The notes below the pieces were generated by a model. That model saw only the letters and a list, made by a program, of their open reading frames with translations, made no database searches and was not told where the DNA came from. The position numbers and the translations under genes were made by a program. A stretch of 64,000 nucleotides of DNA from Rhodospirillaceae bacterium (lineage in GTDB: Bacteria; Pseudomonadota; Alphaproteobacteria; CACIAM-22H2): assembly GCA_022843945.1 (NCBI GenBank), contig JALHMR010000005.1, forward strand, positions 137,716 through 201,715, read 5' to 3'. Shown piece by piece: positions 58,826 through 64,000 of the stretch; the stretch's first letter is position 1, and every line of letters starts with the position of its first letter.

Positions 58826-59477
58826 CTTGAGTGACATGCCCAACACTCACATGCCACGTGTCACCGGCGCCGTTGCGGCAACGCGCCAGGGCGAGCTGCC
58901 AGCGCGCGGTCTCGTTCGTTTCCGCCGGCACGGACGTCACCTGCCAGCGGGTGAGGGCGGCGGAAACGCGGCCGAGCAGCGGCTGCGAGAGAAGGAGCAG
59001 CGCGGTGGTGCGGCCGGTTTCGGCCGCGAGCTGCAGGCGGCGCGTGGCGGTGAGATCGGCCGGCGTGTCTTCCGCGAGTACGGCGCTGAAGGCGCCGGCA
59101 CGCAGTGCCTCTTCCATCGCCCAGAGCCGCGCGGCCGGCTTGCCGGTCTCGACCACGATCAGGCGCTCGGGTGACAGGCCGGCTTGCGCGAGAGCCGGCG
59201 CGTAAGGGATTCCGGTTTCGCTTCCGTCGCCGCGGCACCACAGCACTTGTCCTTTCAGGCGCGCGAGCAGCCAGGTGGCGAACCCTGTCGCCGCGGCATC
59301 GCCCGGCCGGCCGACGATCTCGTGCAACGAGCCGCCGGGCAGCCCACCCCACGGCAGGGCCTCGTCGATCGCCGTGATGCCCAGCGGCAAAGCCGGCAGT
59401 TCCTCGGCGCGCGGCTGGTCGAGACGCCGGATCCGGTCGCGCAGGACGACGAGCTGGCGGGCACGCAGGGTGGACAT
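58782..59477 (-). CDS. imuA: ImuA (RecA-fold/SulA-like protein of the mutagenesis cassette)
   Basis: 231 aa ...ALPLGITAIDEALPWGGLPGGSLHEI... shows a degenerate RecA-like P-loop; first gene of the cassette. Confidence 0.75.
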   Translation of the reverse strand: MSTLRARQLVVLRDRIRRLDQPRAEELPALPLGITAIDEALPWGGLPGGSLHEIVGRPGDAAATGFATWLLARLKGQVLWCRGDGSETGIPYAPALAQAGLSPERLIVVETGKPAARLWAMEEALRAGAFSAVLAEDTPADLTATRRLQLAAETGRTTALLLLSQPLLGRVSAALTRWQVTSVPAETNETARWQLALARCRNGAGDTWHVSVGHVTQDETLSLRLAATLAD

Positions 59478-59508
59478 GCGGGTTAACGGCCATGATCAAA
59501 GCCAGAGT

Positions 59509-59523
59509 GTTCACTATTTGTTC
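59509..59523. promoter_or_regulatory. Alphaproteobacterial-type LexA box (GTTC-N7-GTTC) upstream of imuA
   Basis: gttcactatttgttc lies 32 bp upstream of the imuA start codon. Confidence 0.6.
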
Positions 59524-59670
59524 TATCTCCTACATGCGTAGAGGTCAACCCGGGGCCCCCGGCAAAGGCTCGGCGGCTCTCCCGGGGCGGAACCGGGCGT
59601 CTTTCTCTTCGGCCCGAGATTGTTCGGCCCGCACCTACCGGGGATTCGCCGGCTCTCCTATATTCCGCGG

Positions 59671-61257
59671 ATGACTCGATTCGTGCCCAAGCGCCGGCCC
59701 GTCGTGCTTTGCGTGCTCGACGGCTGGGGCCACCGTCCCGAACCCGCCGACGACAACGCGATTCTCAAGGCGCGCACGCCGCATCTCGATCGTCTCGCCA
59801 AGCGTTGTCCGATCGCCTTTCTCGATGCGTCCGAAAGTCACGTCGGCCTGCCCTCGGGGCAGATGGGCAATTCCGAGGTCGGACACATGAATCTCGGCGC
59901 CGGCCGCGTGGTCATGCAGGACCTGCCGCGCATCGACGATGAGGTGGCGAGTGGCAGGATCGCCCAGAACCCGGCGTTGCTTGCCTTCGTGGCCAAGCTC
60001 AAGAAGAGCGGCGGTGCGGTGCATCTCATGGGCCTGCTCTCGCCCGGCGGCGTGCATTCGCACCAGGATCACATGGCCGCCCTCGCCAGGGCGCTTGCGG
60101 CACACGGGCTCACGGTGTGGATCCACGCCTTCCTCGACGGCCGCGACACGCCGCCGCAAAGTGCCGAGGCCTATCTCAGGAAATTCATCGCCGATGTCGG
60201 CCGCGCCGCGCGGATCGGCACGGTGAGCGGGCGCTTCTACGCCATGGATCGCGACAAGCGCTGGGAGCGCGTCGAAACAGCTTATCGCGCGCTGGTCGAC
60301 GCCGAAGGGGTCAAGGCGCCCGATGCGCTGGCCGCGTTGAAACAGTCCTACGATTCAGGCACGAACGACGAGTTCGTGCTGCCTACGGCGATCGCCGGCT
60401 ATCCGGGCATGCGCGACGGCGACGGCGTGGCGATGGCCAATTTCCGCGCCGACCGCGCCCGCGAGACCCTGCTCGCCCTGGTCGACCCCGGCTTCCAAGG
60501 CTTCACGCGCCAGCGCGTGGTCAAGTTCGCCGCCGCGCTGGGCATGACCGAGTACTCGGCCGAGCTCAACAGGTTCCTGACGACCATGTACCCGCCGCAG
60601 TCGCTGACCAACATGCTGGGCGAGGTGGTGGCCGGCGCGGGCCTGACGCAGCTGCGCATCGCCGAGACCGAGAAATACGCGCACGTCACCTTCTTCTTCA
60701 ACGGCGGCGCCGAAGCGCCGCTGCCCGGCGAGCAGCGGATTCTCGTCCCGTCGCCGAAAGTCGCGACCTACGACCTCAAGCCCGAGATGTCGGCTTACGA
60801 AGTGACCGACAAGCTCGTCGAGGCCATCCTTTCCGGCCAGTTCGACTTCGTCGTGGTCAACTATGCCAACACCGACATGGTCGGCCATACCGGCGATTTC
60901 GCCGCCGCCAAGAAGGCGGTCGAGGTGGTCGACGACTGCATGGGCCGCCTCGCCGCGGCGGTGGAGAAGGCCGGCGGCGCCTTGCTGATCACCGCCGATC
61001 ACGGCAATGCCGAGATGATGATGGATCATTCGACCGGCCAGCCGCACACCGCGCACACGGTCAACCGCGTGCCGGTGATGGTCGTCGGCGGCGCCGAGCC
61101 GGGGCGCAACGCGCCGTTCGCCCTGCGCGACGGCCGGCTATCCGACGTGGCGCCGACCCTGCTCGAGCTGCTCGGCCTGCCGCAGCCGGTGGAGATGACC
61201 GGCAAGACGCTGATCGCCCATCCCGACCCGTCCGGGAGCGCGCGTGCGGCGGACTGA
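59671..61257 (+). CDS. gpmI: 2,3-bisphosphoglycerate-independent phosphoglycerate mutase
   Basis: Start trimmed to MTRFVPKRRPVVLCVLDGWG (Ser phosphorylation-site region). iPGM motifs run throughout; about 528 aa. Confidence 0.95.
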   Translation: MTRFVPKRRPVVLCVLDGWGHRPEPADDNAILKARTPHLDRLAKRCPIAFLDASESHVGLPSGQMGNSEVGHMNLGAGRVVMQDLPRIDDEVASGRIAQNPALLAFVAKLKKSGGAVHLMGLLSPGGVHSHQDHMAALARALAAHGLTVWIHAFLDGRDTPPQSAEAYLRKFIADVGRAARIGTVSGRFYAMDRDKRWERVETAYRALVDAEGVKAPDALAALKQSYDSGTNDEFVLPTAIAGYPGMRDGDGVAMANFRADRARETLLALVDPGFQGFTRQRVVKFAAALGMTEYSAELNRFLTTMYPPQSLTNMLGEVVAGAGLTQLRIAETEKYAHVTFFFNGGAEAPLPGEQRILVPSPKVATYDLKPEMSAYEVTDKLVEAILSGQFDFVVVNYANTDMVGHTGDFAAAKKAVEVVDDCMGRLAAAVEKAGGALLITADHGNAEMMMDHSTGQPHTAHTVNRVPVMVVGGAEPGRNAPFALRDGRLSDVAPTLLELLGLPQPVEMTGKTLIAHPDPSGSARAAD

Positions 61258-62479
61258 CCGCCTCCCGACCCTCGCTCTCGCCGCGCTGGCGGCCTTTCTG
61301 TTTGCCGTGCCGGTCGGCGCGCAGGAGACCCCTGCCCGCTCGATCACCGATGTCGAGCGCGAGCTCGAGGCGACGCGCGAGCGCGAGCGGCGCCTGGCCG
61401 CCGAGGCCGAGACACAAATTCGTGAGATCGAGCGGCTGCGCACCCAGATCGCCGCCGCCGCCCTGGCCACCCAGGAGAGCGAGGCCAACCTGACGGCGAT
61501 CGAGCAACGCCTCGCCGGGCTGCTGGCCGAGGAAGCGACCAAGGCGGACGAGCTCGAACGCCGGCGCGGCGAGCTGTCGAGCCTGCTGGTGGCGCTGCAG
61601 CGGCTGGCCCGCCATCCGCCCGAGGCGTTGGCCCTGCTGCCCGAAAGGCCGATCGACACGGTGCGCACGGCGCGCCTGCTGGCCGCCGTGGTGCCGCCCC
61701 TCGAAGCCGAGGCGATTTCCGTGGCCCGCGACGTCGAAACCCTGCGCGAGCTGCGCGACACGGTGACCGCGGAGCGCGCGGCGCTGGCCGGCGCCGCCCA
61801 GAAATTGGCTAGCGATCAGCAGACCTTACGGGCGCTGGCCAGCCGGCGCGGGCAGCTCTACCAGCAGACCGAGGCCGCCCGCCGCGAGACGGCGGAACGC
61901 GGCCAGGCGCTGGCCCGGCAGGCCGAGGATCTACGCGAGCTGCTGCGCCGGCTGGCCGAAAACCGGGTGGCCGAGGAACGCGCCAGCCAGCGCCGGACGC
62001 TCGAGGCGCGGGTGACCGAGGGCCTGGCGGGCAAGCTGCGGCGGCTGGGCGAGGCTCGCGGCCAGATGGCCTATCCGGCCCGCGGCCGGGTGCTGCTGGC
62101 CTTCGGCCAGGCCGGGGAAGGCGGACAGCCGCACCGCGGCCTGTCGATCGAGGTCCGCCCCGACGCCCAAATTATTGCCCCATTTGACGGGCAAATCGTG
62201 TTCGCCGGGCCCTTTAGAGGGTACGGGCGCATCTTGATCATCGAACACGGCGAGGGATATCATACGTTATTGGCGGGACTGGGCCGTATCGACGTGGCAC
62301 CGGGACAAGTCGTTGTGCTGGGCGAACCGATCGCCACGGCCGGCGGCAGCGAAGCGAGCGGCCCTCCAGAGACCCCTGGCGGCACGGGGGCGACGCTCTA
62401 TGTAGAGTTGCGGCGGCATGGCCAGCCGATTAACCCGCTGCCCTGGTTGGCGGCGTCGGATAGGAAGGTAAGCGGATGA
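61244..62479 (+). CDS. Murein hydrolase activator/M23 (LytM-domain) peptidase, EnvC-like with coiled coil
   Basis: Signal peptide, long coiled-coil region, and a C-terminal LytM domain (...GYGRILIIEHGEGYHTLLAGL...). Confidence 0.8.
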   Translation: MRRTDRLPTLALAALAAFLFAVPVGAQETPARSITDVERELEATRERERRLAAEAETQIREIERLRTQIAAAALATQESEANLTAIEQRLAGLLAEEATKADELERRRGELSSLLVALQRLARHPPEALALLPERPIDTVRTARLLAAVVPPLEAEAISVARDVETLRELRDTVTAERAALAGAAQKLASDQQTLRALASRRGQLYQQTEAARRETAERGQALARQAEDLRELLRRLAENRVAEERASQRRTLEARVTEGLAGKLRRLGEARGQMAYPARGRVLLAFGQAGEGGQPHRGLSIEVRPDAQIIAPFDGQIVFAGPFRGYGRILIIEHGEGYHTLLAGLGRIDVAPGQVVVLGEPIATAGGSEASGPPETPGGTGATLYVELRRHGQPINPLPWLAASDRKVSG

Positions 62480-63780
62480 AAGTGTTGAAGGTTGCGGCGG
62501 CCCTCGTGGTCGCTTACGGGCTGGCTCTGTCGGCGCCGTCGGTCCTGGCGCAAGGTAATACCTCGGAAACCTACCGGCAGCTCAACCTCTTCGGGGAGGT
62601 ATTCGAGCGCGTCCGTGCCGACTACGTCGAGGACGTGCAGGACCGCAAGCTGATCGAGGACGCCATCAACGGCATGCTCACCGCCCTCGATCCGCATTCC
62701 AGCTTCATGAACGCCCGCGCCTTCCGCGACACCCAGATCCAGACCCGCGGCGAGTTCGGTGGCCTGGGCATCGAGGTGACGATGGAGAACGGCCTGGTCA
62801 AGGTCGTCTCGCCCATCGACGACACCCCGGCCTTCCGCGCCGGCATCAAGCCCAACGACTTCATCTCCCATCTCGACGGCGAGCAGGTCCAGGGCCTGAC
62901 CCTGCAGGAAGCGGTCGAGCGCATGCGCGGACCGGTCAACTCCCAGATCAAGCTGACCATCCGCCGCGGCCAGCAGGAGCCTTTCGAGGTCTCCATCGCC
63001 CGGGCCATCATCCGCATCCAGTCGGTGCGCTCGCGCACCGAAGGCGACCTCGGCTACATCCGCATTACCTCGTTCACCGAGCAGACCGACCAGGGCCTGC
63101 GCAACGCCGTGACACGCATCAAGGAGCAGCTCGGTCCGAAGCTCCGGGGCGTGGTGCTCGACATGCGCAACAATCCCGGCGGCCTGCTCGACCAGGCGAT
63201 CGCCGTGTCCGACGCCTTCCTCGAGAAGGGGGAGATCGTCTCGACCCGCGGCCGGCGCTCGGAAGACGCGCAGCGCTACAACGCCAAGGCGGGCGATATC
63301 CTGAGCGGCCTGCCGATGGTTGTCCTGGTCAACGGCGGCTCGGCCTCGGCCTCGGAGATCGTGGCCGGCGCACTGCAGGATCACCGCCGCGCCATCCTGC
63401 TCGGCACGCGCTCCTTCGGCAAAGGCTCGGTGCAGACCATCATCCCGCTCGGCGGGCAGGGTGCGCTGCGCCTGACGACGGCGCGCTACTACACGCCGTC
63501 GGGCCGCTCGATCCAAGCCTCGGGTATCGATCCGGATATCGTCGTCGACCAGGCGCGCCTTGAGAAGATCGATGCGCCGCCGACCCGCCGTGAGTCCGAT
63601 CTGCGCGGCGCCCTGCGCAACCCGAACGCGCCCACCAACCCGGGCCCGCAGCCCGGCCAACAGCCGGCGCCGCAGTCGGCGGACGACACGGCGCCCGACC
63701 AGCCGGCGGATTACCAGCTGACGCGGGCGTTCGACCTGCTGCGCGGCCTGGCGCTGTTCAACCAGCGGGTGTCCAACTAG
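62476..63780 (+). CDS. ctpA: Carboxy-terminal processing protease (S41 family, PDZ domain)
   Basis: PDZ region then the S41 catalytic GSASASEIVAGALQD...SFGKGSVQT (Ser/Lys dyad context). Confidence 0.9.
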   Translation: MKVLKVAAALVVAYGLALSAPSVLAQGNTSETYRQLNLFGEVFERVRADYVEDVQDRKLIEDAINGMLTALDPHSSFMNARAFRDTQIQTRGEFGGLGIEVTMENGLVKVVSPIDDTPAFRAGIKPNDFISHLDGEQVQGLTLQEAVERMRGPVNSQIKLTIRRGQQEPFEVSIARAIIRIQSVRSRTEGDLGYIRITSFTEQTDQGLRNAVTRIKEQLGPKLRGVVLDMRNNPGGLLDQAIAVSDAFLEKGEIVSTRGRRSEDAQRYNAKAGDILSGLPMVVLVNGGSASASEIVAGALQDHRRAILLGTRSFGKGSVQTIIPLGGQGALRLTTARYYTPSGRSIQASGIDPDIVVDQARLEKIDAPPTRRESDLRGALRNPNAPTNPGPQPGQQPAPQSADDTAPDQPADYQLTRAFDLLRGLALFNQRVSN

Positions 63781-63801
63781 CGGCCGATTGCCGCTCCGAA
63801 C

Positions 63802-64000
63802 GTGGCCAAGGCGGGGAAGGCGAAAGACAAGTCAGAGCGCGGGTCGAAAGGCCCGTTGCTGCTGACGCTCGCTTGGCTGCTGCTCGCCGCCGGCGTGGGC
63901 GGCGTCTACGCCTGGAACCATTACGGCCCGCGCGACGACGAGGGTCCGCCGCCGGCCGAGCCGTTCTACCTGGCCCTGCCCGAGCCCGAGCCGCCGCCAG
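63802..64000 (+). CDS. Partial ORF (5' end only), membrane-anchored Pro-rich protein, possibly YibQ-like
   Basis: A GTG-initiated frame VAKAGKAKDKSERGSKGPLLLTLAWLLLAAGVGGVYAW...PPPAEP runs off the window end. Very tentative. Confidence 0.25.
   Translation, partial: MAKAGKAKDKSERGSKGPLLLTLAWLLLAAGVGGVYAWNHYGPRDDEGPPPAEPFYLALPEPEPPP

Overview
The window is high-GC (about 68-70%) alphaproteobacterial-type chromosome interrupted by a roughly 26.9-kb lower-GC genomic island at 15199-42055. The island sits against the 5' end of a minus-strand tRNA-Ser(CGA) gene (15109-15198) and is bounded by a perfect 39-bp direct repeat of the tRNA 5' half (15160-15198 and 42056-42094). Its only integrase is a decayed C-terminal fragment, so it is probably old and immobile.

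Island cargo, left to right:
- a phage-like XRE repressor, a lipoprotein and a YqaE/Pmp3 proteolipid;
- a 9-gene putative small-molecule biosynthetic cluster with extra copies of lysine/DAP-pathway enzymes (DapD-type succinyltransferase, DapC-type aminotransferase, LysA-type PLP decarboxylase), plus two SAM methyltransferases, two GNAT acetyltransferases, a 458-aa orphan protein and an EamA exporter;
- two different hipBA toxin-antitoxin modules, each with its own operator architecture (three direct-repeat palindromic sites for module 1; 36-bp and 34-bp perfect palindromes plus nested dyads for module 2);
- a defence-island-like stretch: a T5orf172/GIY-YIG operon, a CoiA-like nuclease fused to a DUF2384 antitoxin-type domain with a small partner, and a P-loop NTPase with a possible N-terminal nuclease motif and two orphan partners;
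- a GFA-family protein and an orphan REC-RHH response regulator.

The left flank carries a partial DUF1194 gene, a TAXI-TRAP transporter, an oxidoreductase cluster (two LLM monooxygenases, two SDRs, an alpha/beta hydrolase, a MetE-like protein), an AtzG/AtzE/AtzH-like amidase trio, YbaK and an ABC-F ATPase. The right flank carries tandem COG4315 lipoproteins, the conserved rplU-rpmA-obg-proB-proA-nadD-rsfS-rlmH block, trxC, an NMO/HxlR pair, an SLT-domain protein, a LexA-box-preceded imuA-imuB-dnaE2 mutagenesis cassette, gpmI, an M23 peptidase and ctpA.

CDS coordinates are anchored to the supplied ORF track; starts were trimmed by sequence inspection. Features read by eye (repeats, palindromes, promoters) may be off by 1-2 bp. 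No database searches were run; functional calls rest on motif recognition and are labelled as such.
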